64,000 bases of DNA, from NCBI RefSeq assembly GCF_006345805.1, contig NC_042999.1:61690001-61754000 (forward strand). The letters are read 5' to 3'. Under the pieces are notes generated by a model. It saw only the letters and a list, made by a program, of their open reading frames with translations. It was not told the DNA's origin and ran no database searches. The stretch is from Octopus sinensis (lineage: Eukaryota). Of this stretch, positions 13,015 to 26,640 are shown piece after piece. Both the position numbers and the translations under genes were made by a program. Each line of letters starts with the position of its first letter. Within the stretch, counting starts at the first letter, position 1.

Positions 13015-13345
13015 ACTCTTTTACTCTTTTACTTGTTTCAGTCATTTGACTGCGGCGATGCTTAAGCACTGCCTTTGGTCGAGGCAATCGACCACAGGAC
13101 TTATTCTTTGTAAGCCTAGTACTTGTTCTATCGCTAGTTACGGGAATGTAAGGACACCAGCATCGGTTGTCAAGTGATATTGGGGGGGGGGGAACAAACA
13201 CAGACACACAAACACACATATATATATATATATACATTTACATATACATATATACGACGGGCTTCTTTCAGTTTCCGTCTATCAAATCCACACTCACAAG
13301 GCTTTGATCAGCCCGAGGCTATAGTAGAAGACACTTGTCCAAGGT
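13015..13345 (-). mobile_element. SINE family B
   Basis: Reverse complement of 24170-24575 (tail and CORE-like head region). Confidence 0.8.
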
Positions 13346-13407
13346 TGTGTATTTGCACGTGTGTATGTATAAGCTTGTGTGCACGTATGTGTATTCGTGT
13401 GTGCATG

Positions 13408-13409
<2 letters not shown>

Positions 13410-13477
<68 letters not shown>

Positions 13478-13523
13478 ATAGATATATAGACAGACAGACA
13501 GACAGACAGACAGATAGACAGAC

Positions 13524-13608
<85 letters not shown>

Positions 13609-13610
13609 GA
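13410..13610. repeat. (TA)n(GA)n(GACA)n(GATA)n compound microsatellite
   Basis: Direct reading. Confidence 0.9.
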
Positions 13611-14927
13611 AGAGATTTGGAAAACTACCAATTTATTTTATGCATGGAATGTGATTATGTAATGAAAAGTAAACTATAGTGAACGTTAATTCCAAATAGA
13701 CCATAGGATGTATTTTTGTCTATGCTATAAACGATCATTTCTAAACATTCATTCTGACATAATATTAATAATTTCTTACTTTAAAAAATTACAGAGTAAA
13801 TTCAAATGTTAACTGCGATATACAGAAAAGGTGACTGAGAACTGTCCCTTCAATATTGAACTCCACATATTCTCTTTCTTTTAAAGACCAGATAAATTCT
13901 GAGAGGCCCATGCTGTAAGAGATTAAATCACCATCGTTGATGATATCGTTGTGATCGTTGCTTAATCCAAGTCTCTCCCATTCAAGCAAAACTATAAATA
14001 AAGGCATTCCACTTATAACATCTTTTTAAGTATAGGATCTATCTTTATACAATGTTTTCCCCATAATTTTTCTTGAAAATGGGGTAGCGGTGATTTGATG
14101 ACGATTCGGATGCTGTCTCGATTAGATCGAGTGATTACGCAGTGGCTACCACGTCAGCCCGTAGTAAGAGCAGTTTATTTTATGACTGTAAACGAAATTA
14201 GAGAATGGAATGGAGCAGAAGGTAAACACAACGCAAGAAGGCAAAGTAAGAGAATATAAGTGGTGAGAGTAAGGAGGTTGGAATAGACGGCTTTCAAAAC
14301 TTCTGTGGTCTTAAATTTTCTTTCCCGTGACCTTCATCCAACAATGTAGCTGTGAAATGAGAAAGTCGTACGGAATGGGATTGGAAAGGAGAAAGAAACA
14401 ATCTACCTCGTAAATAAATGTTTGTGCTGTTATAAGTGCAAATCATGGAAAAGAAGATCATTTAACGAGGAAAATTGAAATTTCATTCATTCTATACATA
14501 TACTGCTATAAAAGAAAACATCAATTTGACAGCTAGAGAGAGAAAGATATATTTTTTGACAAGTACATAGAAGGAAAGGGAAAACATACTATGGTATTAA
14601 AATTCAGATTTTATTTGTAGTTTCGCTCACAAACTACAAAAGCATGTATACTTGTCTCCCTTGGTGCTTCAGCAATTCAAATGGCTCTCAAGCAATAAGA
14701 ATGTGTGCTTAATGGCAGGAAAATAATAGCTGATGGCAAAATAAATCGATAAAAATATATGCACCTAAGTTGAAAAATAGCAAGTAAATAAATCAGTATA
14801 AATAAGAGAAAACTGTCATAGGATTGGTTCGAAGATGTGCATACGAATATAAACTATGCATTTAATTATAAAGTGCCTGATTGAAAATAGGTAAACAGCT
14901 AGATCACTCGATCAATAAATAACTATC

Positions 14928-14994
<67 letters not shown>

Positions 14995-16989
14995 ATATAT
15001 GCATATATATATATGCATATATATTCACACGCGTATGCATACATACATACACAAATATACATACATATATTATGTGAAATTGCTTCGAAGATTGGAATAT
15101 TTTTATTGGTGTAATGAAAAAAATAGAAAGAGTGTAGAGATAAAGAAAAATGAATAAAGAATAATTGATAGCAGAATAAAATAAGAAATATCTTTAGAAG
15201 AAAATTTTCAACGAATGTCTTACCATCAATGTTATATTAACGAGAAGTCTCTTCTGTGAAGAATTGGCTTTTGGCCAATAGTTATCTTCTGCTAACTCCA
15301 CTGGTTTGAAGATTTCTTTATTTGTTGAAAGATTGCCAAAGTGTCTATTTCCGTATTATATATTACAGTTCTATAGCTTGTTCTTCACGCTATATAGATT
15401 GATAGAAATAGTGATTTCTTTGAACTCGCTTCCATACTTCCATCACCAGAGAGTTAGCTACTTCTATTTCCTAAACAATCTAATTCTACTATTATGAATG
15501 TAGTTCTATAACATCGAACAACCTAACAAAGAAGCGAATAAACAAAAACGCCGAACAAATCTATAGAATATGTAAATTCAATATCATCTCTTCTGTAATT
15601 TAGTGTTATATGGAATGAATTGGTTTATTCTCTTAGCACTGAGATCATTAGGGCAAGATTATTGAGGTCTATCATGAAGTGTTTCAAGATGTTTTTAGAA
15701 TTCTTCAAAAGCGTTAAAATTGAGTTTCCCAAAATGACAACCATGTCATGTCCAGTGAAAAGTGAGAAAAACATACTGGTGCCAGTTGATGCATCCAACA
15801 CTAATAATTGCTCTGAGTGTAGTTTCAGATTATATTGTATTATATTATTAAATTATTATATTACATTATATTATGTAATTTATCTTATCTGTCCAAATTA
15901 TTACTAAGAGATTTAACTGACAAAAGTTGATAAATTTCCCACCTGTTTGGCAAAAATTCCACTGTTCGTATTCTAGTGTGCTACATATCTAGCATAGTAT
16001 ATACTGTATTGTTAAAATAGATAACCTGGAAAGATATGGCTTTAAAGATTCGCTACTATTATTTTTGATAACATTGAAAGGTGCCTTTGAAAGGAATTTC
16101 AGTCGCTGTTGTTGTTGATCGTGAATGCTTATAAACAAATATAAAAGACGGGCTGTGACCAACCTGTCTATTATTTTTTATATCTACTGCTACATTGTTT
16201 CCAGCGTGCTTAGCTTTTTTTAAGAAGAGTCTGAGCTGAGGAAAATGCCACCTTTGTGTCTAGCCGCACGTGCGGTTACATAGGAAGAGCTTCACATTTC
16301 CTGATGTGATAAACAACTTTACTATTGGAATGTTGTGATATATCAACTATAAAACTCAAACTCTGAAAATCCACCATGTTATCTTTTACTCCTGTCATTG
16401 AAATGCAAAATGATCTCGTGAAATAATCTTACACATTAGTTACTCATTATGAAACGATAGAATATGGATAGATATAGTGACACTAAAATAAGGTAAATAT
16501 ATTTTATGATTGATTAGGTCTGGAGAAAAGTTTTCACTTGGTTACTGTATCCCTCTGAAGCCAACAAGATTTACTTTTTCGATGTTCTTCTTCAACAGGT
16601 ACAAGTCGGCGATTGCTGGAAAAGAAAACCTGTGCAAAGAACATACACCAGAGAGCCGATATAGAGAGAAGGAAGGGCTGAGCATAGTAGTTAGTGCTAA
16701 AACTGACAGAGTGACACAATGTAGGTGGCCCGAGGAATAGAAAAGAATGAGTTAAGAGCCACTGGCAAAATTCTTAAAATACCTAAATTTAATAATCACA
16801 GCTGCATGCGCTCATCCATACCGAACTGAGGCTACAAAATACATGCGGTATATACAAACTTATGAACCACGAAAGGGCATTCCATGCCTCCGTATTCATC
16901 CTTTTTTCAATGTATGCAATGTGCACAAGTGCCCAAACACATGCACACAGAAACGTACAATCACCTGAGAAATATAACTTTAATCTTGC

Positions 16990-17253
16990 ATTTTTTCTTT
17001 TAGTCATGTGACTGCGGCCATGCGGGGACACCCTCTTGAAATGTTTGGTTGGACAAATCTATTCCAGTACTTGCATTTTAAGTCTGGCACGTATACTAGT
17101 TCTTCTCCAAACCACTAAGATACACAACTGTAAACAAGCCAGCATTGGTTCTCAAGCGGTGATGAGGAACAAACACAACCACAAAGACATATATACACGC
17201 ACACACACGCAGGCACACAGACATGCACACGCACACGCACACACACGCTTATT

Positions 17254-17287
<34 letters not shown>

Positions 17288-17395
17288 CATGTATTATGTA
17301 TGTATATGTATGCATATAACGCATTGGTGGCTCCGGCCTATAGTAGAAGATCACTTATGAAAGGTGCCATGTAATGAGACTGACAATGAAACCAC
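16990..17395 (-). mobile_element. SINE family B, diverged
   Basis: TTTAGTCATGTGACTGCGGCCATG...CTATAGTAGAAGATCACTT matches family B in reverse. Confidence 0.65.
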
Positions 17396-17396
17396 G

Positions 17397-17496
<100 letters not shown>

Positions 17497-17849
17497 TGTA
17501 TGTATGTATGTATCTGTAGCTGTTGTCTTCTACTTCTTCCAATCAGGACTCGCGCCATTAGCCACAAAGAATAATCTCTAATTCGAGCCTACTCTAAGCT
17601 ACTAAGAATGTATGTGGCAACTTGAAGGTCTACCCACCACACGCGATAGACTAGCGGTTGCACGGGCGCGAAAGCTACGTTGTTATCCTCATTCCGTAAA
17701 CGGTGGCTTTTTTCGGGTAGAGACCTGAACCAACCTGGGGTACAGAAGATTCGCAATCTAGACTAGGGTCAGAAAGTTTATCATAACATAGTGGGTTACA
17801 CCATAGTTCCTTTGCTTTGTGGCAGAAGTAGGAATAATGAATGTGAGAA

Positions 17850-18327
17850 AGTTGTGGTGAAAGAGTACAGCGGGGTTCACCACCCCTCCCCGCCAGAGCC
17901 TCGACGGAATTTGCACTCAGAACGTAAAGGCACTCGTAATACCGCTAAGCAGTTCACCCGGCGTGCTAACGTTTCATATTTCTTTATTGCCCACAAGGGA
18001 CTAAACATAGAGGGGACAAACAAGGACAGACAAAGGTATTAAGTCGATTACATCGACCTCAGTACGCAACCGGTACTTAATTTACCGACCCCAAAAGGAT
18101 GAAAGGCAAAGTCGAGCTCGGCGGAATTTGAACTCAGAACGTAACGGCAGACGAAATACCGCTAAGCATATCGCCCGGCGTGCTAACCTTTCTGCCAGCT
18201 CGCCGCCTTCAAAGGATTAAAGACAAAGTCGACCCCAACGGAATTTGAAGTCAGAACGTAAAGGTTGGACGAAATGTCGCTAAGTATTTTGCCCGACGTG
18301 CTAACGTTTCTGCCAGCTCGCCGCCTA
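17850..18327 (-). mobile_element. Cluster of SINE family C and family A fragments
   Basis: CCGCCAGAGCCTCG (C). GGAATTTGAACTCAGAACGTAA...GCTAACGTTTCTGCCAGCTCGCCGCC (A) occurs three times. Confidence 0.8.
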
Positions 18328-18501
18328 CGTATCCACATATACTGTTGAAGCAAGCACAGCATACATCACAAAAGTCATACTTAGTTAATTTAAAAAACAA
18401 TACTCACTCACACTCTGACTAAAATTTCAAATTTGCAACCAACTTTTACATGAAAACACATATCAGTTAATAAACGAACATGCACTATATTATGTATGGG
18501 T

Positions 18502-18610
18502 GGAGGCGCAATGACCCAGTGGTTAAGGCAGCGGTCTCACGATCGTAGGATCGCAGTTTCGATTCCCAGACCGGGCGTTTTGTTTATTGAGTGAAAACAC
18601 CCAAACTCCA
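18502..18610 (+). mobile_element. SINE family C head
   Basis: GGAGGCGCAATGACCCAGTGGTTAAGGCAGCGG...GTTTCGATTCCCAGACCGGGCG. Confidence 0.75.
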
Positions 18611-18823
18611 TCAGTCAGCTTTATGTATCAATAGATGGCGCTCATCACTTCGACAGATGAACAAACACACAAGTACACACTCTCTCCCTCTCTCTCTCTC
18701 TCTCTCACACACACACAGATAAATTCGGTCGCATATATGTAGTGTATATGTATATGTGTTTTGTTCATAGGGAGCTTTCCCAGGACGCTATCCTGCAGCA
18801 AAATGGCGTATAAATGAAACATA

Positions 18824-19697
18824 CATGAGGTGGTATCCAAAGGTTCCCGGACTAGTTCTGAAGTGTACCAACAGATGCCAGCACACAGTTGCGTGCGCAA
18901 GGGGAGCTAGCAGTGACCTTCATGAGATGGTGTGCCAAGTGACATCGCTGTGTTTACTTCGCAAATTGAGCAATTTGTGTACGCTGACTTACATCTCTTC
19001 CTCAAGATGAAAATGCAACTCAAAGATCGCCGTTGTCGAGATCCAGAGTGGATCGCAGATCTTCGACTCGCTTACGGAAAGTAACTTCCAGGCAGGATTT
19101 CAAAAGCGCAGGAACGCTGGGACAGGTATAATCTTGCCCAAAGTGAATATGGAAATGATGTTAAAACTTATGTAAATAAATTATCGGATCTTTTCGGTTT
19201 GAACGGCAGTTTTTTCTAGCGGTGTCATATGAAATTGTCACCCATAATTATGACCTTAGTATCAATTTATTGCATTTCAATCTGTTTTAGAGTCAGGGTT
19301 AGTTAGGGTTAGTGAGGGTTAGTAAGGGTTAGTAAGGGTTAGGGGTGGGGGGAAGGGTATCTTTTTTTTCTTCAGAAATGTAAATAAACCCAATCTGTTT
19401 CTTAAACGAGGGACATATACATACGGCACAGAATGTTTTCATCTCAATAGACGGTCATTGATTGGCTGAAATTGCAGAAATTGAAGAAAAAAAACAACAA
19501 ATATCTTACAAGTTATAGAATTTTTTCAATAAAGCCAAGAGAAAAAGATGTTTTATAAACACATTCTACCAGTATATGAAATTTAAAATTTTTTAGTTAA
19601 CTAGAAATTATGTTAAAAACTGCCGTTCAAACCGAAAAGATCCAAATTATCTTTAATTAAGCATAAATAGTCCGGGAACATTTTGATACCACATATG
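18824..19697 (+). mobile_element. Non-autonomous mariner element interrupted by a nested MITE
   Basis: Imperfect TIRs CATGAGGTGGTATCCAAAAGGTTCCCGGACT and AGTCCGGGAACATTTTGATACCACATATG, with TA flanks at 18822-18823 and 19698-19699. Internal decayed transposase C-terminus DLHLFLKMKMQLKDRR...FQAGFQK. Confidence 0.75.
19186..19643. mobile_element. 458-bp MITE with 28-bp TIRs and 8-bp target duplication
   Basis: TIR GGATCTTTTCGGTTTGAACGGCAGTTTT / AAAACTGCCGTTCAAACCGAAAAGATCC; TSD AAATTATC at 19178-19185 and 19644-19651. Confidence 0.92.
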
Positions 19698-19716
19698 TAT
19701 ATGTATATATGTGTAT

Positions 19717-19762
<46 letters not shown>

Positions 19763-21929
19763 GCACACACAAGCACACACAAGCACACACATACAAGCAC
19801 ACACAGTTTTTACGAGCTGTCTTTCTCTCGTTGACGTATAACTGTGAGCGGTACGAAACTCAAATATCAGGAGCAAAATGAAAAGTAATATATCTATATC
19901 TAGTTTATTATATTGCATTATATTTTTGCATATGCAATTGTTTGTAGTACATGCGTGGGGACAGCGTGCATCTCTACTCACATGTGTATGTGAGTTTGGT
20001 GAATTGTTAACGAGGTAGAAACTTGAATGTCTATAGAAATTATGGAAGTAATTTAATTAAATACGTAAATGCTCTGTTATAGTTGTGTAGTGAATGGAAT
20101 GTGAAATTTAATGCAATATTATATACATTCAATTTTGTTATGAAGAAGGGAACACATGTTAAGAATAAAGTATAGATATATTTCGTTCAGAAGTTTTATC
20201 ACGAATGCGCACGCTTATGATTGCTTGACAGCTAAGAGAAGAATCTTATTCCAAATGAAGAGATGTCAAATGTCATACAAACTTTATTTTAATGTTCTTT
20301 GATGGTTTTGCTATTGAAAAGAAGGGGAAAAAAACAGCTACGAAAATAGATTTTAAACAATTTCATAACTTCTCTTATAAAGGAATATTTTTGTATTTTA
20401 AGAAAATTCAATATTCTCTGTTTACGCAAAAGATCGAAAGGTGATTATGTTATTTAAGGAAAATAGGAAAGACAATAACGTTGAATGTACTTTGATGGAA
20501 ATAGATTTAATGATATAAATAAACATTTCAAATATAATACAAAAAAAAGCAATATCCAGTAAGAAAACAATCAGCTCTTGTTTTAATATTTTCTCTTTAT
20601 TTTTTCTATTAATGTTACCTCGAGCGTATCTTCTTATAATTTGATTTCTTCCGTATTGAATTGCACTCTCAAACAAATACCAAATGCAGTTATTGTTTGA
20701 TTTATAACTCTTCCTATTCTCTAACAAATGTAATGTTATTTCATCTCAGTTAAGAGTCGTCCTATGAATTATATAACATGGCAGAACATGTTACTGAATG
20801 CAGTGAGTAATATCAGATATCTTATACAAAAAGGGTTGCCGCTGTCTAGAAACTGTGTATTGAAACTGAAACAACTATATCGTGGAAGAAAACCATTTCA
20901 GCTATCTGAAAAAATATACAAAATAAATTTGATAAATTTACTTCTCGTTTGTTTTATCAGATAAACACTGAATTTAACAGGGGTTTTTTTGTAGGTAGTT
21001 AAAATGTTTATTTGATGATGTAAATTGTTGATCCAAGAGATTGGCCTATCATTCGTAGAGACAACCTGACGACAACAATGCTGAGCCTTCATCCAGAAAC
21101 GAATGTAAATAGTTTGGAAGAAATTCTTACAACCGTAACCAATTAGTCATGTCATTGTAGATTTTGTATTTCTAGTGACCCAATAACTGGTTCACTCGTG
21201 AAAAAGGTATGCATAACTTAGGTAGATTAAAAACCAAGTGTGGTTTTTGTTCAGATACAATAATTTTGATATTTGGGGATTGTTACTTGTTGTGATACGT
21301 GTTTCACTGATATATATAGGCGAAAGATATACGTATACATACACAATGGTTTCCGCACACATTACATGTAACAAATTTTACTCACAAGGCGTTCTTTAGT
21401 ATCAGATACTTACTCATAGTGCTGTCGAATAGGATCGAACCGGGAATCACATCGTTTTGCAACAGACATTTTAACCACACAGCAGTGCATACTCAGTTTG
21501 TTTCACTTTTGGCCACCTCCAGGCTTGGAAACCATTAGCGTTTTTGCTCATCTGCTGAGGGAGCCTTTAAATGACTTAAAGATCGATTTATTTGGTTGTC
21601 GACAGGTCATTCATTGAAACCCCAGAAGTGAAACGGAAACCTGCGCATGCAATAACGAACCGTCAACTGCTAGGGTACGAAATTCTTCTGACAACAATAA
21701 TATATGTTACTGAAATAGGATCGCTCATATGACAAATAGAAAAATTATAGTAATCATACTGTATTCGCAAGTCAAAATGATTGCTTGGGAGAATTGAATT
21801 CAGTAATGTAGAGCGGTGGAAGTAAATAGAGCACGTGTGTTTTATTTGCACTACACAATTCGTGTTATAACATATATAAGCGTGCGAACATGTGTGTATA
21901 GATAGACACAAAGAGAGAAAGCTAGATAG

Positions 21930-22260
<331 letters not shown>

Positions 22261-23673
22261 GTCACCATATTAATATTTCCATCTGTTGGTTTTAAAATAC
22301 GTTTTTCTTGGAGTTCTCGTGGCTAAATTTGCACGAAACACCTATAAATCACCAGTTTAATATGTCAGTAAAATTGTCATATAAATAATATGAACGGAAG
22401 TTAGCTGTGTGAACACGAAACGATTCAAGCCATAGACACTGATATTTCTGATATTGTATTTATTCTGTATTTTGATAGGAAAATGTAATTTATTTTAAGA
22501 TTAAGAGTGCAGAACGATTACAGGTTTAAGCAATTTGTTTCCGGTTCTATGTTTACAGTTATATTCTGGCAGGGTTCTTTTAGCTTTTCAATTATGGTTA
22601 GATATTTTATTTATACATTTACTTTTGCCATTCTTTCTAGGCTTTATCATTTTATGAAATCTCTTTATAGATATGTGTATGTATACAAATTGTGGAGCAA
22701 CACACATGTGCATCTGTTGTACACATAGATAATCAAAGGGAAACCTATTATCTTAACATATTTCATGTTATCACGAGTTCCCATCACTTATTCAGTTGAT
22801 AAATTAAGAACCGGCCTACTTTCACTTTCCATCAATATCAACAGTAAATTATCAGTTATCGCTGACATATTTTCTGATTTTGACACATATAATAAACTTA
22901 TAAACCTACGCCATGATTTATATCCGGCCATTCACATAGGTTTTTCTGAAAGTATACTCTTAAAGAAGAAATGACAATAATTAATTAATATATTCTCAGA
23001 ACACGATTTCAACATATCTGTTCAATTCCTGCTTCGCGGAGACCTAATCTCATAACTGTACATCTGTACTTTAGAATATATTTTATGAGGTTAGATTTCA
23101 ATGTAAATGCTGCATCTCAGATAAACCGATCAAAATATAATTGATAAAACTTGGGTTCATTCATTTCTGGACTCGCTTAAGTATATCTAGGCTGAGAAAT
23201 ATATTGATTAACGATGTGCAATGGTGAGATGTCCCTGATTGAAGTAAGATACTGTACAATATATTATTGTGTGTATATCAATGGTTATTGCGATTAATAT
23301 ACGAGGTGTAGTGGATTCAAAGTGTACGGTTTTCAATATTTAAAGCAACCGATCGATATTTCTAGTTGCGATCGGAAACAAGTTTTACAAGTTTTGCCGA
23401 TAGAAAGATAAGAGCTCATCATTTCATATACATAGTAGATTGGATGAGTTTATTACAGTCAAGAACAAACATTACTTACAGTAACAGGTTTTGTCGAGAT
23501 AACCAATGACTCAAAGCTTTGCAATTATAACTTCTCCAATCTTATTTTCAGTCAGTATATCTCTAGTACAACATTATCCAAAATTTCCTGCTTTGTTTAA
23601 AATACTAGGCTGTAATTGAAAGTCTATTGTTATGTCTACCAAATCGAATAACGACTTTGAATCTTCCCACTTT

Positions 23674-24095
23674 GTTTCCTGGGTTTTATAGACGTAATAC
23701 TGTATTATTTGAAGACGCATCGCTCAGTGGTTAGAGTGTTAGGCCCACAGTCATGCGGTAGTGGATTCGAATACCGGACCGGGCTGCGGATTGTGTTTCC
23801 TGGGTTTTATAGACGTAATACTGTATTACTTGAAAACGCATCGCCCAGTAGTTTGAGCGTTAGGCTCTCATTCATGCAGCAGTGGTTTCGAATACCGGAC
23901 TGGGCTGCGGATTAGGTTTCCTGGATTTTATAGACGTAATACTGTATTATTTGAAGACGCATTGCTCACTGGTTAGCGCGTTAGGCCCACAATCATGCGG
24001 TAGTGAGTTCGAATACCCGACCGGCCTGCGAGTTGTGTTTCCTGGGTTTTATAGACGTAATACTGTATTACTTGAAGACGCATCGCTCAGTGGTT
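23674..24095 (+). repeat. 121-bp tandem repeat (~3.5 copies) of a tRNA-like SINE head
   Basis: Unit starts GTTTCCTGG at 23674, 23795, 23916 and 24037. Each full unit has GCATCGCTCAGTGGTTAGAGTG (A-box-like) and GGATTCGAATACC (B-box-like). Confidence 0.9.
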
Positions 24096-24169
24096 ACTTA
24101 CCACACAGCCACTCCTACGCCTAATAATTAGTTAATGCAAAATATAAATTACTTTTTCATATAGACGTA

Positions 24170-24575
24170 GGAAAGGCTGTGTGGTAAGTAGCTTGATTAC
24201 GAACTACATGGTTCCGGGTTCAGTTCCACTGCGTGGCACCTTGGGCTAGTGTCTTCTACTATAGCATCGGGCCAACCAAAGCCTTCTGAGTGGATTTGGT
24301 AGAGGGAAACTGAAAGATGCGCGTCGTATATATGTATATATATGTATGTTTGTATATGTTTGTGTGCCTGTGTTCGTCCCTTCAACATTGCTTGACAACC
24401 GATGATGGTGTGTTTACATCCCCGTAACTTAGCGGTCCGGCAAAAGAGAACCGATAGAATAAGTACTAGGCTTACAAAGAATAAGTCCTGGGGCCGATGT
24501 GCTCGACTAAAGGCGGTGCTCCAGCATGTCCATAGTCAAATGACTGAAACAAGTAAAAGAGTACAAGAGTAAAAG
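24170..24575 (+). mobile_element. Near full-length tRNA-derived SINE family B (CORE-like central region)
   Basis: Head GGCTGTGTGGTAAGTAGCTTG...GGTTCCGGGTTCAGTTCC; GCACCTTGGGCTAGTGTCTTCTACTATAGC; tail AAACAAGTAAAAGAG. Confidence 0.85.
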
Positions 24576-24852
24576 CATGATTAGATAAGTGGAAAAACGG
24601 GAATCCATGGGAAGTTTAGATTAGAATTAATAATGTAGGGACCGTAATAGTTCTTGTACACCAATAACTATCTATTTGCTGCTTTTAACAACATACACAT
24701 CATTGCGAGCATTTCGATTCGGACATCCGGTCATGGAATAGCTTTCCTTCCCTTCTACCATACTTGGCGATCTTAAAAATGGCAGAGATGTGACGGTTTC
24801 CATACGTTGTGTTCTAATATGTTAGTCTGCTGCCGATATCTATGTTTGTTTA

Positions 24853-25084
24853 GGGCGGCGAGCTGGCAGAAACGTTAGCACGCCGGCCGAAATGCTTAGC
24901 AGTATTTCGTTACGCTACGTTCTGAGTTCAAATTCCGCCGAGCTCGACTTTGCCTTTCATCCTTTCGAGGTCGATTAAATAAGTACCAGTTACGCATTGG
25001 GGTCGATGGAATCGACTTAATCCCTTTGTCTGTCCTTGTTTGTCTCCTCTATGTTTAGCCCCTTGTGGGTAGTAAAAAAATAGA
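24853..25084 (+). mobile_element. Full-length tRNA-derived SINE family A
   Basis: GGGCGGCGAGCTGGCAGAAACGTTAGCACG...GAGTTCAAATTCCGCCGAG...GCCCCTTGTGGGTAGTAAA. Confidence 0.88.
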
Positions 25085-25760
25085 TATCTATGGTTGTTTG
25101 ACGAAATTAAGGTAATTCTGATCAATTTTTACGGATATTTGGCAATGACGTTTATTTAAATTGCGGTGATTCTGCGTAGACAGGTGACTGTTGACACCTC
25201 ATATGATACGAGATTATTTATTAACCAGCAGAGATACCCGGTTTTGGGATTAAAATGACATAGTTTGTATATGTTTTATAGTTATGTTGAAAGATGTAAT
25301 ATGGAAAGTACAGCATTGATGACAAAACATTTATGGAGTAAATGATGGGCTAATTCGACTAAGCGACATGTCATGCATCCGTTTAGAGGATTCCAGGCCC
25401 TAATCTGTCGTGGGAAATTGGGAGTGACATGTAGGTGACTTTTGAATGCACTGAAAAGCTGTCAGTGGATATCCGCTCCTTTGAGGCGGTCGGCTCTGCG
25501 TCTATCACGACCCATTGTAAGGTTGACAATTGAATGAATGTAGGTGTAATGGAAATATTGTACGTAAATGAGTACACTCCGGAAAGGGGCTGCAATGGGA
25601 GACGGCAAAGGGAAAGTGAACCTTTGAAATGTTGCTGAAAGCGAAGGGTTAACATTGGATTGCTGGTGTGGCTGTATAATAAGAAACATAAACTGAGCCA
25701 ATGCAGTCACATGTGATTAAGGAGTAATGAGGTTAGTGGGAGTAACTGGAGAATATGCTT

Positions 25761-26640
25761 TTATACTGAAGTCCATGAAGGGAACTGCTTTGTTGGTACA
25801 GTCTTCGGGTTTGTTGGTATTATGCTGAAATGGTATCCATCTTCACCATTTACAAAGCGCAGTGGATACTGGAGTGCATCGTAGGATGTAGTAATTCCTA
25901 CAAAATCTCTTGGTAAACAATATTTTTTATATTTTCTCTTGTAGAACAAATGCAAATAGATTTTTGTTTTGTGTCCCACTCTAGAGCAGCCAGCATTTAA
26001 TCGCTCATGTGAGAAGCATAACTCTTCCAAGTGAAGTTCTACCACAGACAGCGTTTGACCCTGGGATTTAGTGATAGACATTGCGAAGCTGATACGAATA
26101 GGAAATTGCACTTTTCTGAATGAAAAAAGGAATTTCTGGTCCTAATGGAATGAGAGGAATTGTGGGTATGAAAACATCCTCTGCTTTTTCACATTCTGAA
26201 AGAATGGTGACAACATCTTCTTTACAACCAGGCGTGTCCCATTTTAGAGCGTTGGTGGTTCCAAACTCCTTAATAATGTTACTGGAGTTTCCAATTTCAC
26301 TTCCAATCTGTGGGGAGGTAGTCCTGGAGGCTCCAAAGAATTGAGAAATTCTGTTGGATAATTTACCACTTCTTCTGGATCTGCGATTGTATCAACTGAT
26401 TTATAGATGTGAGGACTTCCAAGAAGGTACTGCAGCAGTTGTTCATAAATTTTACTTACAGTGCTGTTTGTTTGGAGCCAATTAGGATTGTGATAATTTT
26501 TTAACCAATGGAGGTAAGGGAGACAATCAATTTCTGAAAGCTATTTCGCAAAATGTTTCTTCCTTTCTCCACATAACACAGGAATGGCTGTTTTCTGCTC
26601 TCAGGGGACCCGTTACTCATTATGCGAAAACTTTTAAGAG
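25761..26640 (-). mobile_element. Helitron RepHel pseudogene fragment (Pif1-type helicase C-terminus plus a Rep-region fragment)
   Basis: Minus strand: YKSVDTIADPEEVVNYPTEFLNSLEPPGLPPHRL, then QFPIRISFAMSITKSQGQTL...CFSH...CSRVG, ending NIKNIVYQEIL* (stop 25898-25900), followed by SYDALQYPLRFVNGEDGYHF. Frameshifted. Confidence 0.9.

Noticed and set aside
15603-16740. Possible host exons (95-aa ORF at 15620, 76-aa ORF at 16510)
   Set aside because: Acceptor-like AGs exist, but there is no recognisable protein similarity or consistent exon chain.
19291-19344. Interstitial telomere
   Set aside because: Degenerate 10-bp units inside a TIR/TSD-bounded MITE, not a (TTAGGG)n tract.
23674-24095. 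tRNA gene cluster or CRISPR array
   Set aside because: Units have SINE-type heads without a convincing acceptor stem or cloverleaf, and the whole unit repeats rather than repeat-spacer.
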